Positions 1 through 10,622 of a DNA stretch of 64,000 bases are shown piece by piece. Within the stretch, counting starts at the first letter, position 1, and every line of letters begins with the position of its first letter. The position numbers and the translations under genes are program-made. Below the pieces are notes generated by a model. The model did not search any database. It was not told the origin of the DNA and worked only from the letters and a program-made list of their open reading frames with translations. The stretch comes from Azolla caroliniana (lineage: Eukaryota > Plantae > Polypodiophyta): positions 3,658,001-3,722,000 of the forward strand of contig JBHGNT010000015.1 of assembly GCA_043228905.1 (NCBI GenBank), in the 5' to 3' direction.

Positions 1-620
1 ACACACCACTAAGAGGAATTTGTTAGGAAGAGGATCCAAGATCTTTTGTGTCTAAATATCATGAAGATTGAGCGAGGGCACATTCCCATAGTAAAAGCAT
101 TTATCAAAGCTTGTGCGTGGAAGGTTGGAGATTGGCCTCAATTGTTACATTACTTTGCAGGTGGATAGAACAACTCAAAGTTCATGTATGATCAAAAGCT
201 CGTAATGCTTGTTGAGAAGTTGATCACGTCATGGGGGGTGACAATGCCCTAGGAGAATGAAATGAGTAGATATGACCTCTTAGCGATGTGGATACGATAA
301 CTTGAAAGATGGATGGAGAACTTAAAGTTGGCATTGGACATATTGAAGTAAGCTAGAATCCAAAACAAGCGAATTTTTGACCAAGTATATCGCCTACATC
401 TTAGGAAGATTGAAGAAGGGGATTGGGTAAATGTTTATGACAATAACTTGACAATCAACATAGTCAATGAGGAAGTTTGCAAGGCATTGGTTTGGATCAT
501 TCATGGCAATCCGAGTGAACGACAATGCCACCTATCAATGAACTAAACTAGAGGGAAACATTATGTCATTGTGATGTGAGAAGAGCACATGGGAAACAAG
601 TGAAACAAGAAATATATAAA
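1..620 (+). mobile_element. Decayed Ty3/Gypsy integrase C-terminal fragment
   Basis: Frameshifted pieces read EGDWVNVYDNNL...RKFARHWFGSF (~415-500), typical of the Gypsy integrase C-terminal (GPY/F) region. There are many stops. Confidence 0.55.
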
Positions 621-1096
621 AGGTTAAAGATAGGGTAAGTTCTCTAGTTCCTTGTTGGATAATAAAATTGGGTTCAAATTTTGAAAAGAAAGCAATTCAA
701 AAATATATGAACCATTCATGGATCACATAATTGGGTGGCGGGATGTAAGTCCTGATAATTTTGTAAGTTCTTTATTTGAAACTGAAATAAAAAATGTATG
801 GCACTACTACAATAGTATGTAGGTGTGATTTGGAAAATAAGATATATATGGGTGAATAATTGTTGAGATATCAAGCTCAACTAGGTTTAGTTATTTTGTC
901 AAATGTGTAACTTAGTAGTTGCATACATAAAATCTAATTAGTGTATTGACTTCAAAGCCTTAAATATGATTTTATACTTGTACTTAAGTGTGGATACATT
1001 CTAGATCCTCCACTACTAAGTTCATTTAATATAGGACTCACATCATTGTACCTATATTCACCTCACACATGTCCACCCTTGCACATTAGATGTATA

Positions 1097-3664
1097 CATA
1101 GAATGAACCATACGTATCATACGTGCATTCGCATTCGCGAATGATTCATATATACGCGTATGGTAAATCATCTCCAAGTTGGATTGGATTGACACGTTTG
1201 ATTGGATTGAATATGGTCTATATTATATAATATAATGATTCACTCTCAATCCCAACAAGTGGACTATGTCATTATAAACTATCATCAAACATTCAAAATT
1301 TCATAAAGCTTATATTCGAGAATATGAAGAAAATATGACACTAACAAAAAATTCTACTAGAAATTCTACTTGTTCAATTGACGTAGAAATTTGTTTGAGA
1401 ACTCTCACTAGAATGTGCCTCATTACTACCAACAACATAACTGTCTTCAATGTCCTCATCTTGCATACTATTGAGGATATCATTTGAATTTTCAGTATGT
1501 AAAATTTCTCGCTCTTTTTGCAAGTTCAATAATCTTTCAGCATCTTCCTCTTTATTAACCATTTCCATTGTAATTTCCAATGGGGTGTAACCTCTTTCTT
1601 TGATCCTCTTGAGAAGCCGTAAATTAGTGTGCAAGTACACTAATTTCTCCACATGGCATGGGGATAACCTGTTTCTTCTTCTTGTATGTATGAGAGAAAA
1701 TGTATTCCAATTCCTTTCACATGGAGATGCACTAGAACCTTGTGAGAGCACACGAATTGCGAGTTTCATCAAATTGGGAGTAGTTGTTTCAAATGCTTCC
1801 CACCACATAACTGGATTTTTCATTCTATTTAAATCCTTTGCAAATGGAAGACGAAACATATAGCATGTCTGTTTTCTATAAGCATAAAACTCATCTATCA
1901 AGGCATCTTGCAAAACTTGATTGCCACTAGCATAACGCATGATTGTTGTCATCCAACCAGTATTCAACATATTATTTATTTCTTGACCATTTCTAGTCCA
2001 TATTGGATGCAAAACATACCCTGTAAGATATAATGGAGATTGCAACATTGACCATCTATTTCTGCAGCACAGTTTGATTTCATCAAGCTTCATAGGATCA
2101 ATTTCTATCGAAGACATATTATTTATTTCTTTGATCATTTGTTGCGTAAGATCATAAATCAATCCCATAGTAGCACCCTCCCTATCTGCTAAACGAAGTA
2201 GTTTCAAAATTGGTAAGCATAATGTCACTGTCATCTTCACATTTGACCAAAATCTAGCATCAAAAATAATTGTAACTATCTCCTCAGCCTTCTTTGTTCT
2301 AGATCCCTTCCATTTGCCCCATTGTTCACTGACCATCATTCTTTTCAAACCACCATATACTCTCTCATCTAGCAAATTCGAAAGAACAATAAAACTATAT
2401 GCAAACCTTGTATTAGAAGGTTTAAGCAATTCTTTTTTACTAAAACTTCGAAACATTGCCAAAACATTTTGTTTTCTAGTTATGAAAACGGTAATCTTCA
2501 TAGCTGATCACAAAGTGTTATCAATCCAAGCCAATTTGGCGATATCCTCAAATAACAAATCTACACAATGGCATGTGCATCTAGTATAGAAAATTGATGG
2601 CCACTCTTTTTCTATCATCTCCCCTGCCACCACACAATTAGTAGCGTTATCCATACAAACTTGCACTACATTCAATGGTCCAACTTCGAGAATAACATCT
2701 TTTAAAATGTTAAAAATGTATTCTCCAGTCTTAACATGACCGCTTGTGTCCACTGATTTCAAAAATACTGAGCCATACATAGATGATGCCATAACATTAA
2801 TAATCGGTCTATTTCTTGTATCAGTCTAGCCATCACTAACGATTGTGCATCCATATGTTTTCCAATATTCTTTCATTTGTGATAAATTGCGTTCGACAGA
2901 TTTAATTTCTACATTCAAATACTTATTGCGCAATTGATACGCAGATGGTGGTTTAAAAGAAGGCCCAACTTGTCCAACAGCCTTAAGCATATCATGGAAA
3001 AATGAACTTTCTACTTTTCCATGTGGAATATCTTCAGCATAAAATAACCTTGCTACTGCCTCTTCTGCATTTTTCCTTAATTGCATATTCCATGCCATTG
3101 GTAAGGAACTATTTGCATCCAATTTCATTTTTTTCCTTGTTTCACTACATGCTTGAGCTTGAGATACATTATGCATTTCATTTACAGAAATCAATGCAGA
3201 AGTAATACTTTGATTTTCATTTCGAATAGGTGAATCGACATTTGAAACAACTTCCTCACTTGCAATCCCCATTAATCTCTTGATTTGTTGTTTTACATCA
3301 TTACTTGCATGTTTACATTTCTCCACGCCTTGTCCTCTCAATCCCAATAAGTGGACTCTAATCCGTTGTGGACCACCAACATAAGTATGGCTGCAATATT
3401 TCCATTGCATCACATGCATATCTTTGGGATGCTTCTTAAGAATCAAGACATGGTTCCATTCTTCACCCTTTTGTCTACCCATTTGATTACCTAAATTTCA
3501 CAAAAATTGTAGAGCCAAAGCTATAGAGAATTGAGGACTTACTGATGAAGACAGAAGCAACTCTGTTTTACATACAAGTTTGGAATATTTGGGCAAGTTG
3601 TATGTTGTAGCTGTTGCAATGAAGATGTTGGGGCAAGGCCTGCAACAAAGTCGTAGAGACAGAG

Positions 3665-3728
<64 letters not shown>

Positions 3729-3897
3729 GGGGGAGAGGGAGCGACACAGAGAAACAGAGAAGCAACATCTCTTAAAAAAGAATACCAAAAAAGGGGAAAA
3801 AAAAAGGACCACGCATTTTTCCCGTTTCAAACGTGTTCGTTTCCAAACGTATTCAAACGTTTGGATGCCTCCACGAACACGAATATTACGTTCTATG
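1097..3897 (-). mobile_element. Full-length hAT DNA transposon (~2.8 kb)
   Basis: Termini CATAGAA (1097) and TTCTATG (3891-3897). Perfect 8-bp TSD GATGTATA at 1089-1096 and 3898-3905. Encloses the transposase frame. Confidence 0.92.
1374..3482 (-). pseudogene. hAT transposase (BED zinc finger, DUF659, C-terminal dimerisation domain) with two in-frame stops
   Basis: ORFs 2826-3482, 2508-2792 and 1374-2501 share one frame. Motifs: EEWNHV...RIRVHL, GCTIVSDG*TD, CTCHCVDLLFEDI, SSASPCERNWNTF. Confidence 0.9.
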
Positions 3898-4282
3898 GAT
3901 GTATATATATGTACCTCATTGTGGGTATTTTTGTAACTTGATGCTTATTAATATAGAGAAAGGTTCTTAAGCTATACTCGTGTTAATCATCCCCCATCTT
4001 ATCTTATTGTTCATAAGTGTGCTTTCTCTCATTCTCACACATAACACATAACCTTCCGCTACTTAATCACGTACGTGATTAACTACTCACATAATTAGAC
4101 ACTAATTAACCCTCAGTTAATTACTTAATTATTAACAATAATATATCGACTAGTAGTTAGATTTTAATTTAGCAAATTTAAATTATTGCAAAATCCAATT
4201 TTTATTGATTATCTGAAGTATTTCCTTCCTTATTGAAATTGGGGTTCAAATAGAAGTCAGAGAAGAGTAAACTAAATGATTC

Positions 4283-4398
4283 CTTAAAATAAAATCCGGT
4301 CAAGAAAGGGAATCCAATCAAGAATAAGTGGCCTATAAGCAACATGACATAAGTGAAGGGTAACAGAGAAGCAAACCCTCCCATTTTATGCATATCAT
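4283..4398 (-). pseudogene. nad5: Mitochondrial nad5 fragment (NUMT)
   Basis: [38 protein letters not shown] closely matches plant Nad5 [36 protein letters not shown]. Confidence 0.8.
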
Positions 4399-4899
4399 AT
4401 CTTTTTTGGGAGGTCTACATCTATTGTATGGCATGGGAGTCACATCACGTACAAAATTATGAGTTTTATGCGTCTACAGATAGCTCGTAGGCGGTATCCC
4501 TCCCTAGATCCGGCCTCCTCGTCATTATCTTTACATGTTTCACGTCGGTCCATTGACGCGTGGATGGCATTCTCCGCTATAGCATGGGTAGCAAATGGTG
4601 TACTCTTGTGGGTACCCTTGAATCCAGAACACCAAGGAACACATTGTAATAATTTGGGTTTTTTGATTCCTTGAGAGGCTTAACAAGCAAATTTGCTATG
4701 TAATTGGGGACTTGCTTTGGGAACCATATGTGAGTTAGTGGGCATGTTAATTTTATATATCTCATTCGGTATCTTCAAACCCGCGAGTCAGTGACTTCAA
4801 CCCCGTTGTCACGAAGTTACGCATGTGCGTGTGAAATTTGAATTGGACCACCAAGGACTTAAACCAGAAAGGATGGGTTGACTAGGAGGGTGTAGACGT

Positions 4900-5090
4900 T
4901 TGGAGACTCGAAGACTCCTGAGAGTCGAAGGCTCACGAGGGTTGAAAGCTCGTCAAACTTGAAGGCTCTTTAGACTCAAAGGCTCCTTAGACTAACTCCT
5001 TAGACTCAAAGAATCTTTAGAGTCGAAGGCTTCTTAGACTTTGACTCCCCAAGCTTGAAGGCTCCTCAAACTTGAAGGGAGTCAAGAGTC
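4900..5090. repeat. Degenerate ~17-18 bp tandem repeat (AGACTCGAAGGCTCCTT-like)
   Basis: About 10 imperfect copies are visible. Probably part of an LTR-element noncoding region. Confidence 0.6.
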
Positions 5091-5924
5091 AAACAACGAT
5101 TACTACACAAGGTTAGGATCAAAATATGGGATTAGTATAAGGAACATGAGATTATGAAGGTTTTTCTTTTTACTGGCATGATGAATTTTCCGGTGATACA
5201 ATTTATTTGGTCACTTGATTTATGTCGCTTTCGCCAAAATTTGTGTAACTTTGTATCCCAAGCTCGAATTTTGAAGCTAAAAATTCCAACGGGATCCTTG
5301 TGGCAAAGTCTTTGTGCCATATATTCAAACAAGGATTTGTACAATATAGAAAATAAATATTATATTAACTTGATTTTGTGTGCAATAGTAAGTTTAAGAG
5401 AGTGGAAGTACAATGAGTAAATTTCTCGGCTCCATTACATGGAGTGAACAAGAAATAGAAGAAGGATAGGAAGAGGATAGGGGTAAAAGGATCTAGGATA
5501 AGATCATGGGGTAGAGCATCAGGGGGATAAAGGATCTAGGATAAGATCATGAGTAGAGCATCAGGGGGATATCCTCGAGGTTCAATATGATGTCTCAATG
5601 AACGACGACCACGTCGCATTTTGTCATTGTTGATCTCGCACATCCTCTTGATTCGCTACCCTAGCTTTCTCTCTTCGGATTTTGGCAACACTTTTGCATC
5701 TCTAACTTCCCTCCCCCAAACAATATGTTCTCTTCTCCTTTTATAGGTTTCAAGAGACTCTCTCCCGAATAAAATTAGTGGGTGCTTTTTTTATTTTAGC
5801 ATGCATCATGTTTTTTTCCTCAGTTGCATGCTCTACGTTTCCTTTTGGTGTCTAATACAAGTAAAAAAGTAATCATAATGTCCACCATTCCACTCATTCA
5901 TCGACTTAGTCTCCTATAGTTTCC

Positions 5925-5985
5925 TAGGAAGGCTCGAACCTTTGACCTCCACTCATAACACAAGCTCTTCACAATCGAACTAAAA
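5925..5985 (-). other. tRNA-derived fragment (pol III A/B-box remnant)
   Basis: Minus strand reads TAGTTCGATTG...GGAGGTCAAAGGTTCGAGCC. No complete cloverleaf. Confidence 0.45.
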
Positions 5986-6663
5986 CTTTTTGTTATTTTT
6001 AAATACAACTCATTATTTATCCTTCATATATCTCAAATTATCGTTCAATCTTTTTTATATTCCTAGTTTAACTTATTTCCTCCTATGCAATTCCCACATC
6101 ACGATGCCGCAATGATTACAAAAATTGGAAGACTCCTCATTCTTGACAAATCCATAGCTACCACTTGTGAAGTATGGAAAGAGATCAAATTTGAGTTTGG
6201 CTCTGCAAGACCAATGGGCAAGGGATATCGGGAGAGAATCCATTTTTTGCCGTATCCCTTCCCCATATACCGAATTAGATTTGGTCACTCTTTGGATGAA
6301 GGCACATGGCATGAAAGAAAGAAAGAAAGACTCCTCATACAAAGTAACTCAACTAGGAAACTTCTTGGCTCTCGAAGAAGTTTTCATCCATTTCCGGAAC
6401 AAAGAGTACTATTATTGAAGAAGGTATCCAAATAACCTCTACATCCGAATTAAAAGGAGCTAAAATAATACTGAAATAAAAATCCTCCATGGATATTTTT
6501 ATACTCGAGAAGGACTAACCAATACGTCGAAACAAGGTGATACTCTGATTCCTCCACGAATTATTATTTCTTGTCAAGAAATGGAGAGTGTAGGTGATCT
6601 CATGTCGCAGAAGGAAATTGTGTGTGTGAGAGTGAGTACGAGAGAGAGAGAGAGAGAGAGAGA

Positions 6664-7950
6664 AAGATTATATTATCGCCTTCGGAGGTCAAATATGACC
6701 TATGAGACCAAAAATATTACATTCCACATGATACGTGTGAAGGTGAGTAGCAACTCTCGATGTTCAAGAACTTTACCAATGAATGTTGCAATCGAGAGTG
6801 CACATCGTGGTTGTGAGAGAAATTCGTGCAAGGATTGGGCTCGATCGAAGAGATGTGGAAAGCATGGTTGAATATGATCAAAGGTAGAGCATTGTATCAA
6901 AGTGTGATACTCAGACTCTCAAACTTGTTTAGGGCAAAGTGTGCATAGTCGGCCACTCTCATCACTTGTGCCCCAACGCCCCATCTCACATCTCAATGCG
7001 TGCGAGCTAAGTTGCATGGAACTAATGGTTCAAATGGCAGATATCAGGATGTGCTCTAACATGTATCGATGTGTACAGCTTCCCTGTTCCGCGAAGAATA
7101 TGGTTTTGTAGTTAGGTGCAACATTTGTAGTATAATGTGTGAAGTGTGACCCACCACATTTGTCCCATGTCATGATACATTGGCGTTGCAAAAAGGCCTC
7201 ATTTACAGAGGAATCTAGTGATGCATCATGAAGCAAGTGTCTTGCATCCCATCTACTAAACCATTTTTCTATATCTTGCATCCAACCGGAACACAAAAGT
7301 TTGCTTTTATGCGTCTTTTGGATCTTTTTGCTTGCTTTCCATGCAATTCTAGGAAGTCGATGTGAGGGGCTTTTTTGAACCTTAAGCATGTATTCAACAA
7401 CCCTTTCCATGGCCATGATCTCAATGGGAAGCAATCCCGTCTCAAGGAGGAGGAGGGGGGTGTAGGGTGTTTGTTTCTTAACTTGTAGAAACTTTGTAAG
7501 AAAATGTTTTTGGACATTTTCAAACTCTTTCCACATAGATTTAGGGATGCTACCGCCCCATACTTCCACCCCATAGAGAATAATCGGGGCCACTAAAGTG
7601 TCAAAAAGATATTTCTTGAGGACCCAACACTTAATATCTCCAAGATTGCATGTGTTCTTAAATACATAATATGCTTGCTTACCCGCCTCTAAGCGGCGTG
7701 TAGCACATTTATTCCATTTATGATTTGAAGGAACTTCAAGGCCAAGATATTTGAAGCTTTCCACACATTCAAGTGGCTCATTGTTGTACATAATGTATAG
7801 TTTATCTCTTTTTTGACTCCTCACAAGCATAATCTTTGTTTTAGAGCTATTCACACTTAATCTAGTATGCATGCAAAATTTTGTAATGCCTTCATAAGCT
7901 TTTGTGCATCTCCTTAATTATTTGCAAAAAACACTACATCATCCACATAT
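6664..7950 (-). mobile_element. 5'-truncated RTEX/CR1-like LINE (family A), 3' part of ORF2
   Basis: Near-identical to ~40530-41810. Contains the RT thumb YLGL and C-terminal CxxC...ESEYH...C. Broken at the YADD codons. The 3' end abuts (AG)n. Confidence 0.88.
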
Positions 7951-8532
7951 GGGTGAAAGCATGCGAGTGGAAACAATTAGCTATGTCCTTGACATAGCTA
8001 ATTAGCTATGCAAAAAGCTACCATTGAAAATAATTGAAAGTTTTAATTATATAAATGAGCACCATAACTGTGCAACATAAATTGATATGTGCACCATAAA
8101 TTATATACCAAATTCCTAGGTCCATTATGCATGATCCTTTGCCACATCACGTGGGTCATCTTTGGTTGAGTATTCTAGCTTAGATTACTACCACTATTGC
8201 TAAACCCTATTGAGTCCACTCCTCCATTGCCGCCATTCTACACTTAGTTGTCGCCATTGTTTGGTCCTGGATTGTCAAAATTGTTCGATCAAACAGAGTT
8301 CACTCCTCCACTGCCACCATTCTACACTCAGTTGTCGCCACTATTCAGCCCTCGATTACCGCCACTGCTCGGTCTTGGATTTGAATAACTATTCTGTCTA
8401 TTGATTATCTTGTGTATTGTTGTGTATAATCTTGTGTATTGAGGAATATTTTTGTGTATTGTTGTTGCCTATAGCCATCTTTAATATGTGTCTTTTTTTC
8501 GGGAAAATTAGGGTTTAAACCCGTCAAGCCAA

Positions 8533-9523
8533 ATGGACGGGGAAGGAGGGTGTTACCTCTCAATGATCATCAGGATAGGGATGACGTTATCAGGACACAG
8601 CAAGCGATACGAAAGTATTGGGCAAAAAAAAAAAGCATCGTCAATTGTTGAATGATACGAAAGCCACACTCACTAAAGGTAAAGATAGCATTGGTTGCGA
8701 TATAGGTCTAAATATCACTGAGAATGGAAGTAATTAGACTACTATCATAGAGAGAAAGGTTGTAGACTATTTCAATGTTCAAACCAAGCACATCAGCAAT
8801 GAAGACAAGAAGGTAGTACTTTATGGAATATTAAATGATCCATCAATAAAGGAGTTAGTTGATTGTAATGGTCTTAATGCAAACATAATATCTGTACTAG
8901 TAAATAATCTCCGTAATAGTTTCGTATCCATGAGCAGGTCAAAAGATGATCTTGTCTTAAAAAGGTCTAGTCTAATAATGTTACTTAATAGTGATGTTAA
9001 CGATATTAACATCAGTGTGCTATCTAAGGTAATTGGTGTAGTAGAAAAAGTGTGTACAATACATTGAACCAGATAGTTTCCATCGATAAAGGAGTTAGTT
9101 GATTGTGATGGTCTTAATGCAAACATAACATCTGTACTAGTAAATAATCTCTATAATAGTTTTGTATCCATGAGCAGGTCAGAAGATGATCTTGTCTTAA
9201 AAAGGTCTAGTCTAATGATGTTACTTAATAGTGATGTTGACGATATTAACATCAATGTGCTATCTAAGGTAATTGGTGTTAGTTGAAAAACTGTGTACAA
9301 TACATTGAACCGGATAGTTTCCTCGGGTGAAGGAACTAGTCTGCTAAAGCTAACAACGAGATGTAAGCCAATGACACCCATTACATCAGAAATCAAGGAT
9401 ATAATCACAATATTTTGGACTAATGAGAGTAGTGTTTCACCCAATAAGAAGGATTTATGCAGGAAACGTGTTGGAAGGAGTCAATACGAGGAGCATCCCA
9501 TTCATCTTCTTGATGTACCTCAG
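8533..9523 (+). pseudogene. Degenerate transposase-like N-terminal coding region (possibly Sola2-like)
   Basis: Manual translation gives HTH-like ISVLSKVIGVS*KTVYNTL, then FWTNESSVSPNKKDLCRKRVGRSQYEEHPIHLLDVPQ, then a GT donor. Contains a 240-bp tandem duplication (8840-9079 and 9080-9321). Confidence 0.4.
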
Positions 9524-9559
9524 GTATTTACATTTATCTCAACATTTGTTTTGAATTTT

Positions 9560-10622
9560 GAGCTTAGTTAGTTAGCTTATTAGCTACCTCTGCATATGAC
9601 CATACCCGAATAGCTAATTACCGACCTCGGAATATGACCATAGCTAACTAGCTACCAGTAATAGCTAATTAGCTCCCTAAGAATATCGAACATAGCTATT
9701 TAGCTATCAGAATAGCTAATTAGCTACCATTCATAGCTATTTAGCTACCACAATAGCTAATTAGTTACCAGAGTAACTGTTAATTAGTTGCTTATGACTA
9801 TAGCTAATTAGCTACCGTAATTGCTAATCCCTTATTGGAATAGCTACTGTACTAAACTATGGTAGTAGTTAATTAGCTACCATTTAGCTAATTAGCTACT
9901 ATATTAAACTATGGTAGTAGCTAATTAGCTACCACTTAGCTAATTAGCTACTCATCTAAAGTATGGTAGTAGTTAATTAACTACCACTTAGCTAATTAGA
10001 TACTCAACTAAAGTATGGTAGTAGCTAATTAGCTACTAGTTAGCTAATTAGTGACTCGGCTAAAGTATGGTAGTAGCTAATTAGCCACTATAACTAAAGT
10101 ATGGTAGTAACTAATTAGCTACCACTTAACTAATTAGCTATTGTACTAAACTATGGTAGTAGCTAATTAGTTATCACTTAGCTAATTAGCTACTCAACTA
10201 AACTATGGTAGTACCTAATTAGCTACCACTTAGCTAATTAGATACTCAACTAAAGTATGGTAGTAGCTAATTAGCTACCAGTTAGCTAATTAGCTACCAG
10301 TTAGCTAATTAGCGACTCAGTTAAAGTATGGTACTAGCTAATTAGCCACTATAACTAAAGTATGGTAGTAGCTAATTAGCTACCACTTAACTAATTAGCC
10401 ACCATACTAAACTATAGTAGTACCTAATTAGCTACCACTTAGCTAATTAGCTACTATACTAAACTATGGTAGTACCTAATTAGCTACCATTTAGCTAATT
10501 AGCTATTGTATTAAACTATGGTAGTAGCTAATTAGCTACCACTTAGCTAATTAGTTACTCAACTAAAGTATGGTAGTAGCTAATTAGCTACCACTTAGCT
10601 AATTAGCTACTGTATTAAACTA
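9560..10622. repeat. Minisatellite built on the palindrome TAGCTAATTAGCTA, with a 52-bp higher-order unit from ~9850
   Basis: Unit TAAACTATGGTAGTAGCTAATTAGCTACCACTTAGCTAATTAGCTACTCAAC. Unit starts at 9853 and 9905 give a 52-bp period. Confidence 0.92.

Larger units (their letters stand above)
861..4137 (+). mobile_element. Copia solo LTR (~470 bp: 861-1096 plus 3906-4137), split by a hAT insertion
   Basis: TGTTGA...TTAACA termini with ATAAT at 856-860 and 4138-4142 (5-bp TSD). The two halves match the reverse complement of the Copia LTR at 17457-17880. Confidence 0.85.

Noticed and set aside
9560-10622. CRISPR-like array of palindromic repeats
   Set aside because: There are no unique spacers (the inter-palindrome sequence is itself repeated), no cas genes, and the context is eukaryotic.
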